DNA from: Dehalococcoidia bacterium
GTDB taxonomy: Bacteria; Chloroflexota; Dehalococcoidia; Lucifugimonadales; JAGWBF01
NCBI GenBank assembly: GCA_034422875.1
Contig: DAOUJI010000098.1
Location: 4,431-68,430, forward strand
DNA: 64,000 nucleotides
Direction: 5' to 3'
Shown here: piece by piece, positions 57,069-64,000 of the stretch
How positions within the stretch are numbered: position 1 is the first letter of the stretch
How the letters are laid out: every line of letters begins with the position of its first letter
Made by a program: the position numbers and the translations under genes
The notes under the pieces: model-generated
Told to the model about the DNA's origin: nothing
The model's input: the letters and a program-made list of their open reading frames with translations, nothing else
Databases searched by the model: none

Positions 57069-58145
57069 CTAGTTCCCACCGGACAATGCCTGTTCCCTGG
57101 ATTTGGCCATCGCTTGAGTGATTCTGTCGATCACGACAGCGATAAAGACAATGGCCAGCCCACCTATAAGGGCATTGCCAGCCTCCCTGCGTCCTAGAGC
57201 CCGCAGCACGACTTCGCCAAGGCCGCCAGCAGCCACCAGAGACGCCACAACAACCATAGAAAGGGCGAGCATCGTGGTCTGGTTCACTCCAGCCATAATA
57301 GTCGGGAGAGCCATCGGGATCTGAACTTTAACAAGGAGCTGCGTCGGGGTGGCGCCGAATGAGCGGGCCGCCTCCACTGTCTGTGGCGAGACCTGCCTGA
57401 TTCCCAGGTTGGTCAGCCGTATCACCGGGGGCATTGCGTATATCACGGTAGCCATGACACCCGGCATTGTTCCCAAGCCGAACAGGAGAACGGCAGGCAC
57501 CAGATAAACAAAGCTGGGCATGGTCTGAGCGCCGTCCAGGACGGGTCTCATAATGTTGTCTGCCCAGCGACTTCGAGCTCCCAGAACACCAAGCGGTATT
57601 CCGATCATAAGGCATATGACCACCGATACGACAATTAAGGCGATGGTCTCCATTGCACTTGCCCACAAGCTTTCAGGGTTGTCAGGGAGTCTGCCCATAA
57701 GCCCGATCAACAGCAAGGCAGCGCTGGCGAACAAGGCCAAGCTCGGTCCGGAAACGCGCCAAGCCAAAAGGCCCACGGCAACCAGAATGGCTGGCCAGGG
57801 AACCCACCGCAGACCGTCTTCCAGATGCACCATCACCTTGAGCACAGCTTCCTTAATTCCGTCGAACAACCAGTCGAGATTGGCAGTCAACCAATCGACC
57901 GCTTCATCTATTCCGCTTCCGATGGTCCGCCCCCAGGCGACTGGGAAGCCCAAGTCGTGCCCCCATCCCGCGGATGCGATGGCTCCTACCACCACCACCA
58001 AGACTGCCGCGATGGGCGCCCATATCCGGAAGGGAGCTTTGGAAAACCTGTTTAACAGGTCCTCAACCTTCACTGGAATACTAGTTGGCGCAGTAGGTTG
58101 GTCTTGGGTCTCGAGGTCTTCCTCGCCTTGGACGGCGTTAGCCAC
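57069..58145 (-). CDS. Glycine betaine/proline-type ABC transporter permease
   Basis: 358 aa, multi-TM. EAARSFGATPTQLLVKVQIPMALP loop. Confidence 0.85.
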   Translation of the reverse strand: MANAVQGEEDLETQDQPTAPTSIPVKVEDLLNRFSKAPFRIWAPIAAVLVVVVGAIASAGWGHDLGFPVAWGRTIGSGIDEAVDWLTANLDWLFDGIKEAVLKVMVHLEDGLRWVPWPAILVAVGLLAWRVSGPSLALFASAALLLIGLMGRLPDNPESLWASAMETIALIVVSVVICLMIGIPLGVLGARSRWADNIMRPVLDGAQTMPSFVYLVPAVLLFGLGTMPGVMATVIYAMPPVIRLTNLGIRQVSPQTVEAARSFGATPTQLLVKVQIPMALPTIMAGVNQTTMLALSMVVVASLVAAGGLGEVVLRALGRREAGNALIGGLAIVFIAVVIDRITQAMAKSREQALSGGN

Positions 58146-58212
58146 AGGATGCCTCCTGAAAAGGGGTCGTCACGACCGGAAGTAAGAGCGGGCCGACGGT
58201 GGAGTCGAAGAG

Positions 58213-59472
58213 CTACTGGTCCTCTGAGATGGCCTCTGCGAGTGCATAGCGGTGCACAACGCCCATCAGCTTCCCGTCTTCATCCACCACCGGGATAGGA
58301 TAGTTGCTGGACATGCAGATCGGGATTAGTTGTTCCAGAGCAACATCGTTGGAGATGGGTTCCGGGTCGGTGTAAAGGTAACGCTCGATATGGTCTCCCA
58401 GCTTGTCCACGCCTGCTTGCAAAGCTGCGTGGGCTTGTTCGATAGTGAGCATTCCCAGGTAGTTGTCGTCATCGTCAAGCACCAAAGCCAAGTCGGTGGC
58501 ATCTCCACGCATAGCCTGGAGAGCATCCTGGGGGCCCTTGCGGCACTGGATGACCGTTGAGGGTTCCTCCATCACGTGGTTGGCTGTGAGAATGGACTCC
58601 TTACGGACGTCCTGAGTGAACTCGGCGACGTAATCGTCTTCGGGGCTGAGCACGATATCTTCAGGCTGGCCTATCTGCACCACGGCCCCGTCACGCATTA
58701 TCGCGATGCGATCACCCAGCTTCAGCGCCTCGGCCAGGTCGTGGGTGATAAACACAATAGTCTTGTTGAGCTCCTTCTGAAGCCGAACGAGTTCGTCCTG
58801 CATATGCCTACGAATAAGGGGGTCCAGCCCGCTGAAGGGCTCGTCCATCAGCAGTATGTCAGGGTCCATTGCCAACGCCCTGGCCAGTCCAACCCTCTGC
58901 TGCATGCCGCCGCTCAACTCTCTGGGATACGACCGTTCCCAGCCGTCCAGGCCCACCAGCTCCAGCATCTCCATAGTCTTGGAGTATCTCTCCGACTTTT
59001 CGATTCCCCGGATCTCCAGTCCCCAGGAGGCGTTGTCAATTACGTTGCGGTGAGGGAGAAGGCCGTAATGCTGGAACACCATAGCCACTTTCCCCCGGCG
59101 GAACTCAGTCAGCCTCTGGTCATCGGCCTTGATGATGTCCTCTCCGTCCACAACGATCTCGCCGGCGGTGGGCTCGATGAGCCGTGTGAGGCAACGGACC
59201 AGGGTCGATTTGCCGCTGCCCGACAGACCCATAACGACAAATGTTTCTCCCTGGTGGACGTCGAAGGTGACCTGCTGAAGTGCGATAACCAGCCCCAGGT
59301 TCTCCTGAATATCGCGTTTGCCTAAGCCGACGTTTTCAGAGATGAGGGCCTGCTGAGGGTTTCTTCCGTAGACCTTCCACAGGTCCTTGACCGAGATAGT
59401 AGGATCACTCAGTCCGTTGGAGCCACCATTTCGGTTCTCAACATACGTCCTGCCTGGAGCTTCTACCGCCAT
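58213..59472 (-). CDS. Glycine betaine/proline-type ABC transporter ATP-binding protein with tandem CBS domains
   Basis: ORF 58213..59538 trimmed to the ATG at 59472 (GGGAGC upstream). Walker [19 protein letters not shown], Walker [15 protein letters not shown]-like C-terminus. Confidence 0.88.
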   Translation of the reverse strand: MAVEAPGRTYVENRNGGSNGLSDPTISVKDLWKVYGRNPQQALISENVGLGKRDIQENLGLVIALQQVTFDVHQGETFVVMGLSGSGKSTLVRCLTRLIEPTAGEIVVDGEDIIKADDQRLTEFRRGKVAMVFQHYGLLPHRNVIDNASWGLEIRGIEKSERYSKTMEMLELVGLDGWERSYPRELSGGMQQRVGLARALAMDPDILLMDEPFSGLDPLIRRHMQDELVRLQKELNKTIVFITHDLAEALKLGDRIAIMRDGAVVQIGQPEDIVLSPEDDYVAEFTQDVRKESILTANHVMEEPSTVIQCRKGPQDALQAMRGDATDLALVLDDDDNYLGMLTIEQAHAALQAGVDKLGDHIERYLYTDPEPISNDVALEQLIPICMSSNYPIPVVDEDGKLMGVVHRYALAEAISEDQ

Positions 59473-59608
59473 AGCGCTCCCTTCCCTTCCTATGGATAGT
59501 CCGGTCGGTTGACGAGCCACAGCCTGGCCGCGACCCATGGGTTGAAAAAGGTTAGCTTATTCTAACATGAAATCGCCTATATGGGTTTGAGCGGCGCCAG
59601 GCCAGGGC

Positions 59609-59881
59609 CTAGCCCAACGGCCTTACCACCACTTTGAATCTTCGGGATCCGCATGTGGGCGACAATTCGGAATACTCGATAACCGTGCCTTTCTTACCGC
59701 CATTAAGGCCAGTCACTTCGGAGCCTACATCAGGCGTCGCTTCAGCGGCGTCTACACTTAGCTGTCCCATCGGCTGGTTCTCCTCCGAGACCACGAACCA
59801 GGTGGCTTTGGCTCCTTGGACCATGCGGGCTCCTTCATCAAATTGGGTCGGACAAACGGGTCTTAATCCAGTAGCTGTCAT
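59609..59881 (-). CDS. Small hypothetical protein
   Basis: 90-aa ORF whose ATG overlaps the stop of the upstream dehydrogenase gene (ATGA, 59878-59881). No recognisable family. Confidence 0.35.
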   Translation of the reverse strand: MTATGLRPVCPTQFDEGARMVQGAKATWFVVSEENQPMGQLSVDAAEATPDVGSEVTGLNGGKKGTVIEYSELSPTCGSRRFKVVVRPLG

Positions 59882-60933
59882 GGAGTCATGACATACAACA
59901 TGTGCTCATCACCCAACCATTCCTTGCGTCCATCCACGAAGTCCTCCATGGAATAGGACCTTATGGCTGTCCCGCCCATCCAGTTCAGCTTCATGCGCCC
60001 CATCTCGACCAGGTCCAATGTCCGGTCATAGTCGGCCCCCAGGCATGTCCTGGAGGTTATCAGGCTGCTTTCGGTGTTGAACAGCTTCAGTATGTCTATC
60101 GTTATAGAGCCGCCGACGCCCCAGTGCCCCACCTGGACTATGCGGCTGCAAGGTGCAAGCATTTCCAGCATCTGGTTGTTGTAGTTTCCAGGTATCCCGG
60201 CGCATTCCATCACCACGTCGGCGCCCCGGCCGCCGGTTTCGTCCATGACGGCCTCAACAACGTTCTCGGTGGACGGGTCCACGATGACGTCGAATCCCAG
60301 GTCCGCCGCCGACTGGCGCGCCAGGCCTCTGGGGTCCACCGCAATGATTCTGCCCCCTGAAATACTGGCCATCTGCGCCGCAAAGGCGCCAATCTGGCCC
60401 ACTCCCAGCACCACCACCGTTTCGCCGGGGCCAACCTTGGCCCGCCTTTCGGCAGCGTGGACGCCAATGGCGCATGGTTCAACCATAGCCGCCTCTTCCA
60501 TAGTCATGTAGTCCGGAATCTGGAAAGCGAGAACTGAGGGCACGGCCATGTAGTCCTGGTATCCCGCAAGGTGGACCCTCTCCCTTGGAGTGGGGCAGTT
60601 GTTCTCGAATCCCGAGGTGCAGTAGCGGCACCGCTTGCATCCCATGTTATGCAGAACGGCCACTCTATCGCCCGGTTCGCAGTTGACCACTCCCGCCCCA
60701 ACTTCCTCCACCACACCGGCGACTTCGTGGCCTTTGCCTCCCAGCCAGGGAAGAGTGGCCGTCTCTTCCGGGCTTAGAAGCTCTCCGGCCTCCTTCTCGA
60801 ACCTGCGTTCGGAGCCGCAGAAGCCCACTCCTCCGATTTTTATCAACGCTTCCCCAGGTCTTGGTTCAGGAGTCGGAGCGTCCTCCATGGTCCACTGGGA
60901 GCCCCCTCTGTATACCCATGCTCGGTTTGCCAT
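59878..60933 (-). CDS. Zinc-binding medium-chain alcohol/polyol dehydrogenase family protein
   Basis: 351 aa. GHEVAGVVEEVG zinc motif, structural-zinc Cys cluster (CKRCRYCTSGFENNC) and GVGQIGAFAAQ Rossmann motif. Confidence 0.88.
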   Translation of the reverse strand: MANRAWVYRGGSQWTMEDAPTPEPRPGEALIKIGGVGFCGSERRFEKEAGELLSPEETATLPWLGGKGHEVAGVVEEVGAGVVNCEPGDRVAVLHNMGCKRCRYCTSGFENNCPTPRERVHLAGYQDYMAVPSVLAFQIPDYMTMEEAAMVEPCAIGVHAAERRAKVGPGETVVVLGVGQIGAFAAQMASISGGRIIAVDPRGLARQSAADLGFDVIVDPSTENVVEAVMDETGGRGADVVMECAGIPGNYNNQMLEMLAPCSRIVQVGHWGVGGSITIDILKLFNTESSLITSRTCLGADYDRTLDLVEMGRMKLNWMGGTAIRSYSMEDFVDGRKEWLGDEHMLYVMTP

Positions 60934-61080
60934 GGCAGCCTCCTGTTACAGGCTTGCGGTTTAGGTCATAAAGCAGGTGCAAGCTATATCAAGATTTCGC
61001 GTAGTTCGATTCAGCGCGCGGCTGATATGGCCGCCGGCGCAACAGATTGGGGCATTGGTTTTCGGCCAGCCGTCGGAAGC

Positions 61081-61166
61081 TGGTGCCGAAGGTCGGATTC
61101 GAACCGACACGGGGTTGCCCCCACCGGTTTTTGAGACCGGCGCGTCTACCATTCCGCCACTTCGGC
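61081..61166 (-). tRNA. tRNA-Leu (anticodon CAA), type II with long variable arm, CCA encoded
   Basis: The reverse complement GCCGAAGTGGCGGAATGGTAGACGCGCCGGTCTCAAAAACCGGTGGGGGCAACCCCGTGTCGGTTCGAATCCGACCTTCGGCACCA folds by hand into a cloverleaf. 7-bp acceptor GCCGAAG/CTTCGGC, anticodon stem CCGGT/ACCGG with loop CTCAAAA, variable stem GGGG/CCCC, T arm GTCGG-TTCGAAT-CCGAC. Confidence 0.9.
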
Positions 61167-61248
61167 GTAGACCAATAGTTTCGGGCCTTGTCTTTGCACT
61201 ATATCCGGTTTCCTCTACTTTTTCCATCCAAAAGCGGGATTAATAGAA

Positions 61249-61282
61249 AGCCGGGCCCTGTACCCAGGGGCCCGGCTTTTTT
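61249..61282 (-). terminator. Intrinsic (bidirectional-looking) terminator between cysH-like gene and tRNA-Leu
   Basis: 10-bp GC-rich stem AGCCGGGCCC / GGGCCCGGCT (61249-61258 / 61268-61277). TTTTTT follows on the plus strand and TTCTATTA on the minus strand. Confidence 0.7.
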
Positions 61283-61305
61283 GTCCAATTGGGTTTGTGA
61301 GTGGT

Positions 61306-62031
61306 CTAGGAACTCTTGGGTTCTATCGCCATCTTGAGGGGGCGGGTGTGGATTCCACACTCGCCGCCGCACTTGCTGGTGCCCACCCACCGGCCGGCCC
61401 TCTCGTCGGGGCCACTGGAGATGCGGGTGCAGGGGGCGCAGCCCAGGGAACGGTAGCCCTCGATGTACAGAGGGTTCACTGGAACCTGGTGGAGCGCGAT
61501 ATACTGCCACACTTCTCGCTCGTGCCAAATCAGGATGGGGTTAAGCTTTATCAGGCCCTCGTCCCTCTCCTCGATTTCCTGGAAGTCGGTCCGGGTGCGG
61601 CCTTCCGTGCACCGCAAACCGGTCACCCAACACTCCACGTCCATGTCCTGGACCGCTTGCCTTGTGGGGAGCACCTTGAGGTTGTAGCAACAGAGGTCCG
61701 GGTCGTAGGAGTAGAGCGCTTCCGGCTGCTCGGAGTCGTTCTTGAAGACCTGCAGCTCAGGGTACTGGGCCACCTGCTCGTGCATGAAGTTGACGGTCTC
61801 AGCAGGCTTGTACCGCGTGGTTACGATGAATCCTGGGATGTTGGCGCTGACCCGCTTGGCCAGGTGCCAGACCACCACAGAGTCCTTACCCAGGCTGTTG
61901 GCTACCACCATCTTGTCGCCGAACTTCTGGTATCCGTCGTTGATCAGGTCCAGTGACCTCTCAACCTTCTGGGCGAAATGCAGACCATCCACCAGTTCTA
62001 CAACGTTTTCCGTGCTTGGGCTAATGCTCAT
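61306..62031 (-). CDS. cysH: Adenylyl-/phosphoadenylyl-sulfate reductase (thioredoxin-dependent, Fe-S type)
   Basis: 241 aa. PAPS-reductase fold, Cys-Cys (DPDLCCYNLK) plus CxxC (GCAPCTR) cluster ligands, and a C-terminal ECGIH catalytic motif. Confidence 0.85.
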   Translation of the reverse strand: MSISPSTENVVELVDGLHFAQKVERSLDLINDGYQKFGDKMVVANSLGKDSVVVWHLAKRVSANIPGFIVTTRYKPAETVNFMHEQVAQYPELQVFKNDSEQPEALYSYDPDLCCYNLKVLPTRQAVQDMDVECWVTGLRCTEGRTRTDFQEIEERDEGLIKLNPILIWHEREVWQYIALHQVPVNPLYIEGYRSLGCAPCTRISSGPDERAGRWVGTSKCGGECGIHTRPLKMAIEPKSS

Positions 62032-62142
62032 GATTCGTACCTCTGTCGGGCGTTCTCCCTCTTAAGATTTGTTTGCCGGAACGGACTTTTGATCCTACCC
62101 CTTGCGCGATTGTGCTCCGATTCGCCCTGCCTCAAAAATAGA

Positions 62143-62183
62143 AACTGCGCTCGCCTTGGCCTGACGGGCGCAGATTATGATTC
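62143..62183 (-). terminator. Terminator-like hairpin inside the 5' leader of the cysH-like gene (possible attenuator)
   Basis: Minus strand reads CTGCGC-(17 nt)-GCGCAG (plus coordinates 62178-62183 / 62155-62160) followed by TTTCTATTTTTG, about 110 nt upstream of the ATG at 62031. Confidence 0.4.
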
Positions 62184-62346
62184 AGGAACCAGCGACTCGT
62201 AACCTGCCCCTCTATTGGGGGCGGGTACACAAGTGGTGCAGATCGTCTCCGAACCGAGCGAGAAACATCGCTGAAAAGCATACCACGTCTGCTGGAAATG
62301 TCAACGAAGACCGCACCAAACCGGGACCGGGTCATCCGAAAGCAAT

Positions 62347-62374
62347 CAGGCCGCCCCGGTGATGGGGCGGCCTG
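62347..62374 (-). terminator. Hairpin after the CysO/MoaD-like gene
   Basis: 11-bp stem CAGGCCGCCCC / GGGGCGGCCTG with a 6-nt loop. On the minus strand it is followed by ATTGCTTTCGG (weak U tract). Confidence 0.5.
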
Positions 62375-62403
62375 AAACTCTGGTCATGCTTTTGGCGGGC
62401 GGC

Positions 62404-62667
62404 TCAGCCGCCGCCGATGGCCGGTACGAAGTGGACCTCGCTGCTCTCCCCCACCTTTTCCAGAATGCCCATGTTGGCTATTTCGCCGTCCACGGCCACC
62501 TGGATGTTGGAGCGGATGTTACCGTCCTCCACCAGCCGCTCTTTCATACCCGGGAACTGTTCCTCAAGCCGCTCGACGACCTGGCGGACGTTGGAGGCTT
62601 CCATGTCCACCTGTTTAACGCCGTCAGTCAGCTTCTGGAGCATGGTGGGTATGAACACCGTGGGCAT
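62404..62667 (-). CDS. MoaD/ThiS/CysO family ubiquitin-like sulfur-carrier protein
   Basis: 87 aa. N-terminal VFIPTMLQKLTDGVKQV and a C-terminal ...VHFVPAIGGG (Gly-Gly terminus). Confidence 0.8.
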   Translation of the reverse strand: MPTVFIPTMLQKLTDGVKQVDMEASNVRQVVERLEEQFPGMKERLVEDGNIRSNIQVAVDGEIANMGILEKVGESSEVHFVPAIGGG

Positions 62668-62670
62668 TGC

Positions 62671-64000
62671 TTAGCCGCCGTTCTTCTCCCACAAGGCTTC
62701 CAGGACTGCGCCGGGGCTCATGGGCAGGACCTTCATCCTGACACCCACGGCGTCGTATATGGCGTTAGCGATGGCTGCCATGGGCGGGACTATGGGTATC
62801 TCGCCCACTCCCTTGGCTCCGTAGCGGTGGCCTGGGTTGGCCTGCTCGACGATGATGGTGTCAATCATGGGCAGGTCCAGGCTGGTGGGCATCCGGTAGT
62901 CGAGGAGGCTGGAGTTGACCATCTGGCCGTTGTCGTTCATGTAGTATTCCTCGTTGAGCGCCCAGCCTATTCCCTGGACCACTCCGCCCTGCATCTGCCC
63001 TTCCACGTAGGAGGGATGGATGGCCTTTCCTGCGTCCTGCACTGCGGTGTAGCGGAGAATGTCCACCTTGCCAGTGTCCGGGTCCACCTCTACGTCCACG
63101 ATGTGAGTCCCTACTGATACGGCCTGCCCAGTGGGCTCCACGCTGGCCGCGGATGTGACCCCGCCGCCGGTGCCGATAAGCCGTCCGGCAAGCTCCTTGA
63201 AGGTCATCTTGAGCTCAGGGTCGGCGCCATGAGTGAATACGCCCTTGGAGTACTGGACGTTCTCTACGTCCGTGTCCCATATCTTGGCGGCCCGCTCGAT
63301 CATCTGCCGCTTCACGTCTTCGGCTGCGTCAATGGCCGCCCATCCGGTGGCGAACGCTGTCCGGCTGCCTCCGGTGACCGCCGTGTAGCCCACGGAGTCG
63401 GTGTCGGCCACGGTCGGCTTGATGTCGGTGTAGGGCAGTTCCAGGGCCTCGGCCGCCTGCATGGCGATGGACGCCCTCGTGCCGCCGATGTCCACAGAGC
63501 CTTCCAGCATGCTTATGGTGCCATCAGGTTCCACAGTGAGAGTGGCGCTGGACTGAAGGTTGGCGTTGCCCCAGAACCCCGTGGCCACGCCCCGGCCCCG
63601 GTTCTTTCCTTCCAGTTTGGTCTTGTAGTGGTCGTGGTCCATCAGGGCATTGATGCACTCCACCTGCGTGACGTTGCGGAGGACCGGCCCCTCGATCTTG
63701 CGGGTGCCGTCCCTGGCCGCGTTCTTGAGCCGGAACTCCAACGGGTCCACGCCTATCTTCTCGCATATCTCGTCCACCACCGTTTCCACTGCGAAGGACG
63801 CCTGGGGCGACCCCGGCGCGCGGTAGGCAGCCGTCTTGGGCTTGTTGGTGACTACGTCATAGGCGTCAGTGCGACCGTTGGGGAAGTCGTAGGCCGAGAA
63901 GCCGCAGGTTGCGGCGGCACCCACGGGAGAGCCGGGGAACGCTCCGGCCTCAAAGGCGTACTCGGCCTGCATGGCGGTCAGCATCCCGTCATTGGTGGCT
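62671..64000 (-). CDS. Xanthine dehydrogenase family molybdopterin-binding large subunit, paralog of 53389..55698 (5' end outside window)
   Basis: The reading frame stays open to nt 64000 (...ATNDGMLTAMQAEYAFEAGAFPGSP...). It aligns residue-for-residue with the C-terminal ~440 aa of the other copy. The stop lies 3 nt before the carrier-protein gene. Confidence 0.85.
   Translation of the reverse strand, partial: ATNDGMLTAMQAEYAFEAGAFPGSPVGAAATCGFSAYDFPNGRTDAYDVVTNKPKTAAYRAPGSPQASFAVETVVDEICEKIGVDPLEFRLKNAARDGTRKIEGPVLRNVTQVECINALMDHDHYKTKLEGKNRGRGVATGFWGNANLQSSATLTVEPDGTISMLEGSVDIGGTRASIAMQAAEALELPYTDIKPTVADTDSVGYTAVTGGSRTAFATGWAAIDAAEDVKRQMIERAAKIWDTDVENVQYSKGVFTHGADPELKMTFKELAGRLIGTGGGVTSAASVEPTGQAVSVGTHIVDVEVDPDTGKVDILRYTAVQDAGKAIHPSYVEGQMQGGVVQGIGWALNEEYYMNDNGQMVNSSLLDYRMPTSLDLPMIDTIIVEQANPGHRYGAKGVGEIPIVPPMAAIANAIYDAVGVRMKVLPMSPGAVLEALWEKNGG

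Noticed and set aside
60934-61305. tRNA-Leu as an integration site for a genomic island
   Set aside because: No integrase is adjacent. I saw no duplicated tRNA 3'-end fragment nearby. The flanking genes (dehydrogenase, cysH-like) look core-like in composition.
1-64000. CRISPR arrays, rRNA genes, IS elements, transposases, integrases, prophage genes
   Set aside because: I looked for regularly spaced direct repeats and for recombinase, transposase or phage-structural-like ORFs and found none. The only repeats seen are the REP-like pair (22.1 kb), the short tandem 11-mer (14.2 kb) and the in-frame 21-nt repeats (6.2 kb).

Overview
Densely coding, high-GC bacterial chromosomal segment. Hand-counted 60-nt lines in housekeeping genes give about 60-72% GC. 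The taxon cannot be fixed from sequence alone. The gene content (hopanoid cluster, selenoprotein, many oxidoreductase and CoA-transferase paralogs) would fit a Chloroflexota-like or similar free-living organism, but that is a guess.

The backbone is metabolic and housekeeping:
- a family-III CoA-transferase, SDRs and an M24 peptidase
- ilvD followed by a TldD/PmbA pair, and an ornithine cyclodeaminase-family gene
- a tightly packed hopanoid cluster (polyprenyl synthase, hpnH, hpnG, hpnA, shc, yjbQ-like, squalene/phytoene synthase-like)
- tilS, ribH and a general amino-acid ABC transporter
- CopA with a glutaredoxin-like gene and an ECF sigma/anti-sigma pair
- comEA, ilvE, plsY, leuS and a TPP enzyme
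- a glycine-betaine-type ABC transporter, tRNA-Leu(CAA), an Fe-S-type APS/PAPS reductase and a CysO/MoaD-like carrier
- two paralogous molybdopterin oxidoreductase large subunits

Small accessory islets sit between these genes, and none carries a mobility gene. Lower GC was hand-counted for the 23.5-24.7 kb and 49.4-52.2 kb islets; for 1.3-3.3 kb it is only a by-eye impression:
- two tandem PD-(D/E)XK nuclease-like genes (1.3-3.3 kb)
- a DUF6884-like gene, a small coiled-coil ORF and HigBA (5.4-7.0 kb)
- a two-gene operon whose first gene is frameshifted (23.5-24.7 kb)
- HicAB (28.2-28.9 kb)
- a 944-aa single-chain nuclease-methyltransferase fusion (49.4-52.2 kb)

The clearest call the ORF track misses is an in-frame UGA at 31749-31751. 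It joins two called ORFs into one UGSC-motif selenoprotein and is followed by a SECIS-like hairpin.

I saw no CRISPR array, rRNA, transposase or integrase. Many long ORFs in the track are antisense or alternate-frame shadows typical of high-GC DNA.
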